Origin: Candidatus Anstonellales archaeon
GTDB lineage: Archaea; Micrarchaeota; Micrarchaeia; Anstonellales; J096
Direction: 5' to 3'
DNA length: 64,000 bases
Assembly: GCA_038890615.1 (NCBI GenBank)
Contig: JAWAFI010000001.1
Coordinates: 162,611-226,610 of the forward strand
A program made the position numbers and the translations under genes. Below, in pieces: positions 10,404 to 20,065 of the stretch. The notes beneath the pieces were generated by a model. It was not told the origin of the DNA and searched no databases. It was given only the letters and a program-made list of their open reading frames with translations. Positions within the stretch are counted from its first letter, which is position 1. The number at the start of each line of letters is the position of its first letter.

Positions 10404-10486
10404 AGCCCCAGATGGGGATTGAACCCATGACCTACCGCTTTCCTTGAGCATACAAGGCGGTCGCTCTGCCGCTGAGCTACTGGGGC
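10404..10486 (-). tRNA. tRNA-Thr(TGT) with 11-nt intron at 37/38 (10440-10450)
   Basis: GCCCCAG...CTGGGGC-T; ACCGC-CTTGTA[TGCTCAAGGAA]A-GCGGT; CTTG/CAAG central helix. Confidence 0.93.
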
Positions 10487-10491
10487 TAATA

Positions 10492-11742
10492 TTATGGAAT
10501 CATTAAGGGTTTTAAAGCGTTTTCCTCTTCAGCTGATAAATAGCGCAACTCGTGAAAGAATGGGTGGGAGATCGATGAGTATTCAAGAATGGCTCTTTTT
10601 ATCATTGATATCTCCTTTTCATTCCAAGCAGGCAATGAAAGTTTGGTTGGTTTAATTGAATCGTTCAAGATCCTTGCCTTATTGAAAGGGGTAGTCTTGA
10701 TTCGCGAGGTATAAAGGGCTTTATCAAGAAAATTCATATCTGCTTCTAAAAGGCTTAGCAAATCGTTGTTGTGGAGGAAAGCCCACTCTATCTTTTTAAA
10801 ATCTTCCTTAAGAAGCCTAAACCCTTCCTCTCTCAATAGGAGCGGGTTTTCCAATAGGGAAAGAATTCTCTTGCAGAAGCTCATAAATCTAGAAATATCA
10901 GGAAGCGAATGGTAAAGAAAGGCTAATGTTTCTGAAGCAATTAAAGTTTCTCTCTTTAAGTAGTGGATTTTTGCGGCAAGCTTTGGATCAAAGAAGAGAG
11001 CCAGACGAAAGGATTCTTTGGGCTCCATATCAACAGAATGAAAGAGATCAAGGTAATGGTTTTTGAGTTCCTTTAAGTATGAAAGGCATTTCTCGTTTGG
11101 ATTTGCCAAAGAAATGCCTTCAGACCAGAGTCTAATTAATTCCTTTGCATTCTGCACCGATAGAATTTGCGGAGGTGGTGGAGAGCGGTAAGCATCAGAA
11201 GAAAGCATCAGGTAGGACAATAAGGTAGAAGGCACTATTGAACTATTTTTTAAAGTTAGATAAACGAAATGGTTGTTAGCATATCTTAATACAATATGCC
11301 ATAAATCTTCATAAGCTTTTTTAGAGAAGTAATCTTCGGCTATCATATTTTTGTAATAAAGAAGTTCATCTGCACCACAGATATCAATATTAGAACTACC
11401 TATCCTTTCTTCAAGCAAAGGAGGCAAAAATACTTTTTTGATTTTTATCTCTTCATTTGATGAACCTGCCAGCAATCCCAACCTTTCCAAAAAAGACAGC
11501 TCATAAGGATCCAAAAAATTAGAGAGATGGATGGAAAAAGAAAAACCTTTTCCTTTGCTTGCCCTTCTTATTGCCTTTACACATTCATTCTCTGCTATGT
11601 TTTTTAGGATACTTAAAGAATTGCTTTTAGGCAAGGCATCTAAGTATTCCTTGTATGGTGCAAATGAAAGAATAGCAGAAAGCCTTTTTAAACACTCTGT
11701 TGGTTTTTGTATTTGCTTCATCTCCAGCTTCAGCGCTGCCAT
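10492..11742 (-). CDS. Hypothetical protein (416 aa, probably alpha-helical)
   Basis: Long ORF tightly packed behind the AAA/VWA genes; no recognisable motif. Confidence 0.75.
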   Translation of the reverse strand: MAALKLEMKQIQKPTECLKRLSAILSFAPYKEYLDALPKSNSLSILKNIAENECVKAIRRASKGKGFSFSIHLSNFLDPYELSFLERLGLLAGSSNEEIKIKKVFLPPLLEERIGSSNIDICGADELLYYKNMIAEDYFSKKAYEDLWHIVLRYANNHFVYLTLKNSSIVPSTLLSYLMLSSDAYRSPPPPQILSVQNAKELIRLWSEGISLANPNEKCLSYLKELKNHYLDLFHSVDMEPKESFRLALFFDPKLAAKIHYLKRETLIASETLAFLYHSLPDISRFMSFCKRILSLLENPLLLREEGFRLLKEDFKKIEWAFLHNNDLLSLLEADMNFLDKALYTSRIKTTPFNKARILNDSIKPTKLSLPAWNEKEISMIKRAILEYSSISHPFFHELRYLSAEEENALKPLMIP

Positions 11743-11750
11743 AAAATCCC

Positions 11751-12572
11751 CTACAGTTTAGGTTCCTTCATACCGTAATATCTACATGCATCTTTTATAA
11801 GCTCTTTTATCTTTTCTTTTTTCTCTTTTGAATCCAGTTCCCCCTCCAGGTTAGGAAGCTCCTCTATCACTAGCACAAAAAGCTGTTCTTCCAGGCTTTT
11901 TAAGTCTACTAATCCTTCAATATAGCAGTGGAGGAGCAGCTCCTTATTATTCTTTACCAGTTGGTTGAAAACCTCTTTATGATCCTTTCCAAATATAGAT
12001 GGAAGGAGCTTTATTAGAGCCCTTACTTCACTATCAGCAAGGGAAGAGATGCGCACATCGGAGAGTATTTTAGAGAGTGCTTTCTTCCCGTTTCCACCAA
12101 TCAGAGGGTTGTTTGGATCTAAGGCATTGATGCATAAGCTAAGGGCAAAAAGCTTAAGGTCTTCATCACTTTTGTAATAACTTGAAGCCTCGCTAAATTT
12201 CAAAAGGACTGCTGAGATGTCTTCTTCCAAAAGCTGCCTAAATTCCTCTTTCTTATAGTTTGATCTTATAAAATCTGCTATGTACTCTGCTGTGTATAAA
12301 GAAGATTTTAAAAACAGTTTAACTACTTCTCTTAGAGGCATCTTTAATCCCCTTGCCTTTATCTCTGAGAAAAATTCCCTAGCTTCATAAGCATAGAGTT
12401 CATCTATTTCCTTAAACTGTGCCAAAAGCTCATCATCGCTCATCAAGGTAAAGCTCTTCCTGCCCCAATGGTCATACTTGCTGAAGCCATCAAAGCCATA
12501 ATTTTTCCACTTCTTCTTCTCAAACTCTGTTATTGGCTTTTCTTTTCCATTTTTCTCTTTTGAACCTTTCAT
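11751..12572 (-). CDS. Hypothetical protein (273 aa)
   Basis: Starts 1 nt after the VWA gene stop; no recognisable motif. Confidence 0.75.
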   Translation of the reverse strand: MKGSKEKNGKEKPITEFEKKKWKNYGFDGFSKYDHWGRKSFTLMSDDELLAQFKEIDELYAYEAREFFSEIKARGLKMPLREVVKLFLKSSLYTAEYIADFIRSNYKKEEFRQLLEEDISAVLLKFSEASSYYKSDEDLKLFALSLCINALDPNNPLIGGNGKKALSKILSDVRISSLADSEVRALIKLLPSIFGKDHKEVFNQLVKNNKELLLHCYIEGLVDLKSLEEQLFVLVIEELPNLEGELDSKEKKEKIKELIKDACRYYGMKEPKL

Positions 12573-12573
12573 T

Positions 12574-15399
12574 CTATACCACCCCCCGTGCCCATTTTTC
12601 TATAAGCTTTGCTATATCATAGACCAAAGTGTTTAGATTTTCGTTGACAATTAAGTTATTATTATACATCTCTTTGAATACACCTATACTGCTGCAAGAA
12701 ACCACCACGCTTATTACTTCTATGTCTTTTGCCCTTGCCTCCTCAACTGCTTCCTTTACATCTTCTAGGGCTGGTTTGTTCATATAATCAGTATCATCAT
12801 GGCATGGTGAGCCATCGCTCACGATTATTAAAAGCTTTTTACCCTCTTTTTCTTCAAGCTTTTTCAGAGCATGCCTTATTGCTGCACCATCCCTGTTTGC
12901 AATGCCATTCATTAAGCCTAGTTCATCAGGAACTTGCAGAATAGGAACTCTCTCAATCGTTTCCGAGAAACTTTTTATTGGGAAGTAGTATGTAAGGTTT
13001 TTACCCTCTATTGAAACAAATGCTGAAATCTCTGAATCAATCAACGGAAGGCCATTAAGGGCTTTTGAAAGCACATACAATGCTTTACCCTCACGCTTAA
13101 TAGTGCCGCCGCGGGTTGAACCACTCAAATCAAAAAGCACAATGACATTTGCGCTTTGCCTTTCTTCCTTTCTTGTCATCCATATTTCAGGCTCTTCTAT
13201 TTCACCTTTTTCCTTCTCAACCTTCCATTTAAGGTATGCATTTATGTCTAATCTCTTGCCTCTTGAGCTAAGTGAATAATCAATATTCTCCTCAACTGCT
13301 TCTTCAAATGCCTTTTTTATAGGATTAACCAAAGAATCTAGTTCGGTGCTTGAGAATTTTTTTGTCTGGGGGTAGGGCATCTCTTTTACTATGTGGGTGA
13401 ATTTGTGGGTTTTGTAAACGTATAGAGCGCCTTTCTTCTTAAATGAGGTATCTAAGGCTGATTCAACCTCTATCTCCAACTCTTTCAAATGTTTCTCTTC
13501 TTTAGGGGTAAGAAGGTCCAACCCTTTTTTCTTACGATCATCCTCTTCCTTGCTTGCTTTCCTTATCCTATCAATTATCTCCTGCTTTTCCTTCTCTCCC
13601 TCGACAACCTGTGGATTAAGCTCATCGAGGGATCTTTGGGAAGAAGGTTTAGGAAGGTCATAGCCGCCTTCCTCCTCTTTCTTTTTCTCGCCCGAAGATT
13701 CTGGTTCATGTTCTTTGGCTTCATCCTTTTCCTCCTCTTCTGATGATTTAGATGGCTGACCATCATATGGTGGTTCTCCTTTATATCTCCCTACACAAAC
13801 TCTTGGCCCCTCTCCTTCTGGAGATTGCTTTCCTAATTGCGGGGGTGGCGGAATGTCAATAACCGGGGGTTTTTCAACTGAAGGTTCTTTCTCTCTTTTA
13901 GGAGGCACTGGAAAGTCGCCTTTTCTTTGATCATCCTTAGAAGGAGGTTTTTTAATTTGTGGGGGCAGTTTTTCCTTGATCTTCATATTAAGCCTTCTTT
14001 CTATAAGGTTTTTGTGGTATTTTTCAGCAATTATTTTCATTATCTTCATTGATGTATTAATGCTAACAGAAAGGTCAGCAGCTGGTTCCTTAACATCTTC
14101 AAGCAGCCTCAAAACCTCGGTAAGGTTTTTTGCAGTATCTGGGTGTATGGTTCCCTTTGCTCTTGGGGAGAAAGAAAGTTGTATAAGTGCTTCTAGGAAG
14201 TTGGTCAGATTGTCCTCTGGCTTTATGGGAGGCCTCTCGTTTATAACCTTCTCTACATACATTACGTAGTCATGCTCAAACCCAGGAAACCTAGTAAGCC
14301 CCAGACAGTCAATCCTAACATCCTCAACTATATTCAGGATCAACTTGAACAATTCAGGGTCTGGCATTTTATGAAGGAGATCATTGTATGTATCAAATTT
14401 TTTGTCGCTCCCAACCTTAAGCAAGCCTAAAAGATTTTTAGTTGAATTTTCTTTATAACTAACTTCTTTTTCTGTTTCTACCTCACGGCCTTTGTCCATC
14501 TCATTTTTTAATTTTTTAACCTCTTCATCAATCCTTTTCTTTATAAACACCATTAGGTGAAGAAGTTCGCTGTCAACCTTGCTTTTATCAAGTATGAAAC
14601 TGCCATCAGCAGATATGTGCATTGACTCATGCAAGGCAAGTATCCTAAAAGCAGCTATGTTGCTCAACCTGTCAGGAAATCTGTCAAGAACCTCAGGAAG
14701 ACAAACATAAGGAGGGTAAGCGCAAGGGGTTTCATCTTTTTTTAAGGGCCTTATGGTTGGGTCATAAAGCCCCCTAAGGACAACCCTAGCCACCCTCTGG
14801 AGCCTATCAGATATTTCATCGATTTTAACTGCCCTTTTCTCTTTTGATTTTATGAAACTATCTCTTATTGATTCTTTTTCTAAAAGAACCTTTTCCATTG
14901 CATTGTCATCTAAAGAAGAGGTTGACTTAAGCCAATCCCAAATAGGGCAAAATGGGTCTTTTATAAGCACCTCGCAAACAAGAGAGCAAAGAGCAGACGA
15001 GCTGGAAAACTTATTATTTGAGAAAACATTGTCCATTGTGCTCAGCAGCTCTTCTGCCCTGTGGAAGGGAAGGCCTTTTGAAAGCAGTTCTGGCAGCTCC
15101 TTTGAAAAGAAGCTTATGGTGGCTAGATTGGACTGCTTGTTTAAAAGATTGAGGGCTTTTACTATTTCCTCCTTTTCAAGGTTTTTGTAGGAGGAGGGGT
15201 TTGATTCTGCGAGGCTTACTATCAGCTTCCCTTTTTTCGTTGAGCAAAAACCTTCTTTCTTGAGCTCTTCCAATGCTGCCAAAACCTTTGATTCATAGCC
15301 AACCTCTCTATAAAGCCTCTCATAGTAGCCCCAATCCTTATAATAAGAGGGAGGATTATAAGATAAAGCATCTCTATTTTTGTGTGCCACTTTAATCAC
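12574..15399 (-). CDS. NorD/CbbO/CobT-like VWA-domain protein with N-terminal HExxH domain and Pro/acidic linker
   Basis: LHESMH, NIVEDVRID; MIDAS DLSGST, NRDGAAIRHA, LLIIVSDGSP. Confidence 0.88.
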   Translation of the reverse strand: MIKVAHKNRDALSYNPPSYYKDWGYYERLYREVGYESKVLAALEELKKEGFCSTKKGKLIVSLAESNPSSYKNLEKEEIVKALNLLNKQSNLATISFFSKELPELLSKGLPFHRAEELLSTMDNVFSNNKFSSSSALCSLVCEVLIKDPFCPIWDWLKSTSSLDDNAMEKVLLEKESIRDSFIKSKEKRAVKIDEISDRLQRVARVVLRGLYDPTIRPLKKDETPCAYPPYVCLPEVLDRFPDRLSNIAAFRILALHESMHISADGSFILDKSKVDSELLHLMVFIKKRIDEEVKKLKNEMDKGREVETEKEVSYKENSTKNLLGLLKVGSDKKFDTYNDLLHKMPDPELFKLILNIVEDVRIDCLGLTRFPGFEHDYVMYVEKVINERPPIKPEDNLTNFLEALIQLSFSPRAKGTIHPDTAKNLTEVLRLLEDVKEPAADLSVSINTSMKIMKIIAEKYHKNLIERRLNMKIKEKLPPQIKKPPSKDDQRKGDFPVPPKREKEPSVEKPPVIDIPPPPQLGKQSPEGEGPRVCVGRYKGEPPYDGQPSKSSEEEEKDEAKEHEPESSGEKKKEEEGGYDLPKPSSQRSLDELNPQVVEGEKEKQEIIDRIRKASKEEDDRKKKGLDLLTPKEEKHLKELEIEVESALDTSFKKKGALYVYKTHKFTHIVKEMPYPQTKKFSSTELDSLVNPIKKAFEEAVEENIDYSLSSRGKRLDINAYLKWKVEKEKGEIEEPEIWMTRKEERQSANVIVLFDLSGSTRGGTIKREGKALYVLSKALNGLPLIDSEISAFVSIEGKNLTYYFPIKSFSETIERVPILQVPDELGLMNGIANRDGAAIRHALKKLEEKEGKKLLIIVSDGSPCHDDTDYMNKPALEDVKEAVEEARAKDIEVISVVVSCSSIGVFKEMYNNNLIVNENLNTLVYDIAKLIEKWARGVV

Positions 15400-16381
15400 C
15401 TTTCTTTTTTGTTTTTTCTTCGCCTCCAGCAGCTGGAACTACTATATCGCTCAGTATGTTCTCTATTGTTTCTCCTGTGTCAAGCACAGCCGCCAAAACA
15501 ACCCTAAATGCATCCTTTACAGACAGCTTGTGGTTCTGGATCAGCTCAGCAGCAAGAACGCTTAGCCTTGTTCCTGGAAGCTCCTTGAAATCCATGCTTG
15601 CTCCCTCTCTAAGTTCTGTCATCACCCTTACCACCAAGGAAGCTATCTCTGTGTTTATGCCGTTTCCTTTTACAATGTCCTTCTCAACCTCTGGCGGGGG
15701 ATATTCAAGCACCGCGCATATGAACCTTTGCTCAAATGCAGGAGGAAGCTTCTTTTTTGTGTATTTTGAGCCTGGGTTGTAGGAAGCAACAAGCATAAAT
15801 TTGTCATCTGGTCTTATGAGCTCCCCTGTATCAGGAACCACTACAAATCTCCTGTGGTCTGTTATTGAGTAAAGCATGCTCAGCGTCTCGCTGTCCACAT
15901 TAACCACTTCATCAAAATAGAATATAGCCCCCCCAACTATTGCTTTTACAAGAAGCCCATCCTCCCAAGCAAAGTAATCGCCAAATGGGATGAGCTTTCC
16001 AACCACATCAGTTGAGTTTATGTTGTTGTGGCTAAGCACTGTAACAAGAGGTAGATCTTCCTTTTGGGCCATATGCTGGAGGAATGTCGTCTTGCCAACC
16101 CCTGTCGGGCCCTTTATCAAAAGCGGCTTCTTAAGGGCTTTGCACGCTTTGAATAAAGGCATCAGGTTTCCATAGTCAACATAAAAGATGTGTTCTTTCT
16201 CCTTGAATGCTTCAAGCTCCTCTAATATGGCTTTCTTATTTCTTACTGGAAGGATTATCATTTTGCCTGTCTGCTCTGCAACCCTTATCTTCCCCTGCTG
16301 CTCAAGCCTCATCAAGGCCTCTGAAAGAGGCAGTTTTCCTTTAAATGAATTCAAATCCTCTGCAACTGTTTTTTCCACCAT
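15392..16381 (-). CDS. MoxR-family AAA+ ATPase, CbbQ/NirQ/NorQ type
   Basis: GPTGVGKT, WEDGLL..A...GAIFYFDEV, TDHRR, ASYNPG, QRF; start set at ATG 16381. Confidence 0.93.
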   Translation of the reverse strand: MVEKTVAEDLNSFKGKLPLSEALMRLEQQGKIRVAEQTGKMIILPVRNKKAILEELEAFKEKEHIFYVDYGNLMPLFKACKALKKPLLIKGPTGVGKTTFLQHMAQKEDLPLVTVLSHNNINSTDVVGKLIPFGDYFAWEDGLLVKAIVGGAIFYFDEVVNVDSETLSMLYSITDHRRFVVVPDTGELIRPDDKFMLVASYNPGSKYTKKKLPPAFEQRFICAVLEYPPPEVEKDIVKGNGINTEIASLVVRVMTELREGASMDFKELPGTRLSVLAAELIQNHKLSVKDAFRVVLAAVLDTGETIENILSDIVVPAAGGEEKTKKKGD

Positions 16382-16474
16382 ATTTACCACGATAATACTA
16401 CTCAAAAATAGTATTAAATACTTCAGATTGAAAATTTTAAAAAAAATAAATCTTAAAGAAAAATTTAAAATAAA

Positions 16475-17680
16475 TTAAAATAGTATATAGCGTTTTGAGA
16501 TTATGTCATAGGCGTCATTCCTGTAATAGCGCTCTCTCAAAAGCTCCTTCAGGCGCTCAAGCTGCTTTTGGTCGCTCTTTAGGTGCGCCTCAATGAGAAG
16601 CCATTTGGCAGGCACATTGCCCTCTCCGTAGAGCTGCTTGAGCTCCTCAATTGCTTCCAATGCCTTATCTATCTTGCCCAACAGGAAAAGCATCCTTATG
16701 TAAGTGCCAAGGAAGCTAATTGAGCCCTTGTATTCGCCCCTAAAGCTATCCATAAGGGCTTTCATATCGCTTATCTGCTGAGGCGCCAAATCATCTACTA
16801 AGTAGGAAGTATTCGTTAGGGCTGTGAGGAGGAGGCCTTTTTCAATATCCATCTTATTATAGGAGAGCAGGTTATCCTTTTCTAAAGGATAATCGTATAT
16901 TTCATTAGTTAGGGAATTGCCCACTGCTATATGCTGGTTTTCCTCAAGGAGGAGCACGTGGTCAAAAAGCAAGTCAAAAAGGTGGTTTGGCAAATAGCCG
17001 CCGTGGAATGTATCAACTTCAGCGAATATAAGCGAGCGGTCTGGCCATTCACCTTTGAAAAAAAGGAAAAGCCCATCCAATAGCTTGCCATCTGGGGACA
17101 GTTTATGCTCAAACTCAATCTCTTCTCCCTTCAAGAAAAGGCTGAGTTGTTTTAGAGCCTTAAGGACCTTTTCCCTTCTTAAGGAATTGATGGGCTCAAG
17201 GAAAAAAAGATTGGAAGGGTTGTATTCCATTGAATAGAGAGCTGCAATGCATTGGGCTGTGCCAGCGCAGTTTATGTCTACCTCAAAACCTGCTTTTCCT
17301 GTATAGAAGAAAGGCAGCCCTTTTATCGCCTCCATAAAAAGACCAAAATACGAATCAACTGCTGAAGTCATTCCACTAAACATTGCCGCAAAGCTTTGGT
17401 CTTCTATATACTCTTCGCCAAACAAGGTTTCTGACTTAGAAAGCGTTTCCCAGCTAATCGGGCCTTTGACTTCCTTCCTAAGCTTCAGGAAGAATTCCTC
17501 TTTTTTGGCTTTTTTCAAGAATGCCTTTGGTACTGCCTCAACCCTTCTTTCTTCAGGGCAAAGCATAAACAGGGCTAGGTTTTTCTGTGGGGTGTCTTTT
17601 AGGTGAGGTATGGTCTTGCTTTTCAGCTTGAATATGTAGGCCCCTCTTTTTTCGACTATTGAATCTACAAACCCTTTCAT
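16475..17680 (-). CDS. Hypothetical protein, possible transglutaminase/papain-like fold plus TPR-like C-terminus
   Basis: NCAGTAQ...NQHIAVG...IYDY spacing resembles a Cys-His-Asp triad. Confidence 0.5.
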   Translation of the reverse strand: MKGFVDSIVEKRGAYIFKLKSKTIPHLKDTPQKNLALFMLCPEERRVEAVPKAFLKKAKKEEFFLKLRKEVKGPISWETLSKSETLFGEEYIEDQSFAAMFSGMTSAVDSYFGLFMEAIKGLPFFYTGKAGFEVDINCAGTAQCIAALYSMEYNPSNLFFLEPINSLRREKVLKALKQLSLFLKGEEIEFEHKLSPDGKLLDGLFLFFKGEWPDRSLIFAEVDTFHGGYLPNHLFDLLFDHVLLLEENQHIAVGNSLTNEIYDYPLEKDNLLSYNKMDIEKGLLLTALTNTSYLVDDLAPQQISDMKALMDSFRGEYKGSISFLGTYIRMLFLLGKIDKALEAIEELKQLYGEGNVPAKWLLIEAHLKSDQKQLERLKELLRERYYRNDAYDIISKRYILF

Positions 17681-18093
17681 AGCTTAGCTCTCTTTCTCTT
17701 TTTCAAGGCCTTCTGCCCATTCTGGTATTTTTCTTCAAGCTCCTTTGCTAATTTCAGGCATTTCTCCCTGTCTTCAGGGGAGATTGCAAACTGCGAGCCC
17801 CTTGCCATTATTGCTGGAACTGCTGCCCTCAGAGCGTTTTCATAAAGCATATCTTTCTTTGCGTCCCCTATTGAATCCAGCAGCATGCCTTTTTCTTTGT
17901 CGTTTAGCCCTAGCTGAACCCCAAGGTGGGCAACAAAGCCTATGAGCTCTGTAATCTTCATATTGCTAAGAGTAGAAAGCTCAATGCCTTCGCTCCTTAG
18001 CGTATCCTCAAGCCTCTTTGAAAGCTCAAGCCCTCTCTCTTGGCCAAAGTACTTGCACAGGCTCTTTTCAAGGTGCGCCTCAAATGTTGCCAT
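17677..18093 (-). CDS. Hypothetical protein
   Basis: 138-aa ORF with GGTGA SD; ATGA overlap with the next gene. Confidence 0.75.
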   Translation of the reverse strand: MATFEAHLEKSLCKYFGQERGLELSKRLEDTLRSEGIELSTLSNMKITELIGFVAHLGVQLGLNDKEKGMLLDSIGDAKKDMLYENALRAAVPAIMARGSQFAISPEDREKCLKLAKELEEKYQNGQKALKKRKRAKL

Positions 18094-18185
18094 TTTATCA
18101 CCTATATGTAATTGCTTGCTTTTATATAAAAAGGTTTCTCGCTATTTTTTTGCAAAACCGATTGGCTGCTGAGCAAAATTAAATT

Positions 18186-18659
18186 TTAATTTATCAAATA
18201 GATTGAAAGATTGAGGAGCGTTGCGAATGAAACCCAAAGCATATAAGGAATGAGAAGGTAGGCTGCGCCTTTGGATATTTTGTAAGAATGTGCTATGGTA
18301 AGGGCGAGTGAGAGGTCAAGAAGGCCTATGTCTACTAAGCCCAGTAGAGGGGAGCGCAGGCCGAAGAACGCAAATGACCAAAGGGCATTGAGGAGAAGTT
18401 GGAGGACAAAAAGGGCAAGGGCTATTTCCTTTCCTGCCCTTCTCTTCCCTTCCCATAGCAGGTACAAGGAGGCGCCCATAAGTATGTAGAGTACTGTCCA
18501 AACAGGGCCGAAAACCCAGTCTGGCGGGCTGAACCAGGGCTTATTAAGTGATGAATACCATGTTGGTATTGCCTCCAATGTGAATATCGAGCCAAAGGCG
18601 CCTGCAAACAGGCAAAGCAATAAAGAAGCGGCTAAAGAGACGGTGTTAATTTTCTGCAT
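18186..18659 (-). CDS. tspO: TspO/MBR tryptophan-rich sensory protein
   Basis: WYSSLNKPWFSPPDWVFGPVWTVLY, LLIPY.LWVSFATLLN. Confidence 0.97.
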   Translation of the reverse strand: MQKINTVSLAASLLLCLFAGAFGSIFTLEAIPTWYSSLNKPWFSPPDWVFGPVWTVLYILMGASLYLLWEGKRRAGKEIALALFVLQLLLNALWSFAFFGLRSPLLGLVDIGLLDLSLALTIAHSYKISKGAAYLLIPYMLWVSFATLLNLSIYLIN

Positions 18660-18707
18660 AAGTATTTTTGAGGTGTATTTTTAAGGTTTAGCGCTATTAA
18701 AGTAAGC

Positions 18708-19202
18708 ATGAACGAAATATTTAGGAAGAGAAGGAGCATCAGGGCTTACCTGGACAAAGAGATTGAAAAGGAGAAAATAGAAAGTATAAAGGAGGCAATA
18801 ACATCAGCGCCTTCAGCAGGGAATCTCCAAGCATATGAGGCTTGCTACACGACCGAAAAAGGGAAAATAAAGGAGATAGCAGAAGCTTGCATGCAGGAGT
18901 TCATTGCTCAAGCAGGGGCTGTGTTTGTTTTCTTTGCAGATCCTGGGAGGTCTAAGAGAAAGTACGGGGAAAGGGGGGAGTTATATAGCTTGCAGGATGC
19001 CAGCATAGCTTGCGCATATGCCCACCTTGAAGCTTCTTCCCTTGGCCTGGGAAGCTGCTGGGTTGGTTACTTTAAAGACGAGGAGTTGAGGAAGATATGC
19101 AGAGCAGGGAGCAATTTAGTGCCTGTAGCAGTGCTTCCTGTCGGCTATCCAGCAGAGAACCCTAAAGGAAGAGAAAAGGAAATGAGGCTGAAGAGAATAT
19201 GA
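18708..19202 (+). CDS. Nitroreductase family protein
   Basis: RRSIRAY, APSAGNLQ, LGLGSCWVG, VGYP. Confidence 0.95.
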   Translation: MNEIFRKRRSIRAYLDKEIEKEKIESIKEAITSAPSAGNLQAYEACYTTEKGKIKEIAEACMQEFIAQAGAVFVFFADPGRSKRKYGERGELYSLQDASIACAYAHLEASSLGLGSCWVGYFKDEELRKICRAGSNLVPVAVLPVGYPAENPKGREKEMRLKRI

Positions 19203-20065
19203 GCGGTGGAATAAGCCAGGATGAAGCAATAAGGGATATGCAGAGGTCTGAGATAACTGAGCATTATATCTACAAAGAGCTTGCAAATAGGGCTGGGAAG
19301 AACAAAAAAGTCCTTGAGCATATAGCAAGGCATGAGCTTAAGCACTATGAGCTTCTTAAGAAGCTGAGCGGAAGGGAAGAGAAGCCTGATTGGCTCAAGA
19401 TAAAATTCTACAGCCTTATAGCTAGCTTGCTTGGATTGTCGTTCGGGCTCAAGCTGATGGAAAATGGGGAGGAGAATGCTCAGAAAAAGTACTCAAGGCT
19501 CATAGAAAGCAAAAAAGAGCTTAAGAAGATTTTCAAGGAGGAGTACAAGCACGAGAAAGAGCTGCTTGAGCTTATAGAAGAGGAAAGGATAAAGTACGCA
19601 AGCTCTATTGTTCTTGGCCTCAATGATGCCTTGGTTGAGCTGAGCGGTGCAATGGCAGGGCTGACTTTTGCTATGCAAGATAGCAAGATGGTGGCAGCAA
19701 CAGGGCTCATCGTTGGGATACCTGCAGCGATGTCAATGGCTGCCTCAAGCTATGTTTCAGCAAAGGAAGATAACGGTAAGATCCCTATAAAGTCAGCAGT
19801 TTACACTGGGCTGGTTTATATAGCCACAGTGCTTCTCCTATGCTCTCCTTATCTGCTGCTTGAAAATGTTTACAGTGCACTATTGCTAATGTTTGGGCTC
19901 AACATAGTAGTTGTAGCTGCATACAACTTCTATATAGCAACAGCAAAAGGGCAGGCATTCTGGCTAAGATTTGGGGAAATGGTGGGAATTATGGCAGTTA
20001 CTGCTGTAGTAAGCTTTTGGGTAGGCAGCGAGCTTAGGGAGCATATCATGCAGATGCCTTTATAA
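19199..20065 (+). CDS. VIT1/CCC1 family transporter with N-terminal rubrerythrin/ferritin-like domain
   Basis: EITEHYIY..LA, ExxH motifs, VLGLNDALVE, SMAASSY. Confidence 0.92.
   Translation: MSGGISQDEAIRDMQRSEITEHYIYKELANRAGKNKKVLEHIARHELKHYELLKKLSGREEKPDWLKIKFYSLIASLLGLSFGLKLMENGEENAQKKYSRLIESKKELKKIFKEEYKHEKELLELIEEERIKYASSIVLGLNDALVELSGAMAGLTFAMQDSKMVAATGLIVGIPAAMSMAASSYVSAKEDNGKIPIKSAVYTGLVYIATVLLLCSPYLLLENVYSALLLMFGLNIVVVAAYNFYIATAKGQAFWLRFGEMVGIMAVTAVVSFWVGSELREHIMQMPL

Noticed and set aside
10404..10486. Reading this tRNA as Tyr(GTA)
   Set aside because: The anticodon-stem register places TGT at 34-36; the G1-C72 acceptor and U73 fit Thr
8566..17680. Provirus or integrative element between/near the tRNA-Thr genes
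   Set aside because: No integrase, terminase, capsid or att duplication seen
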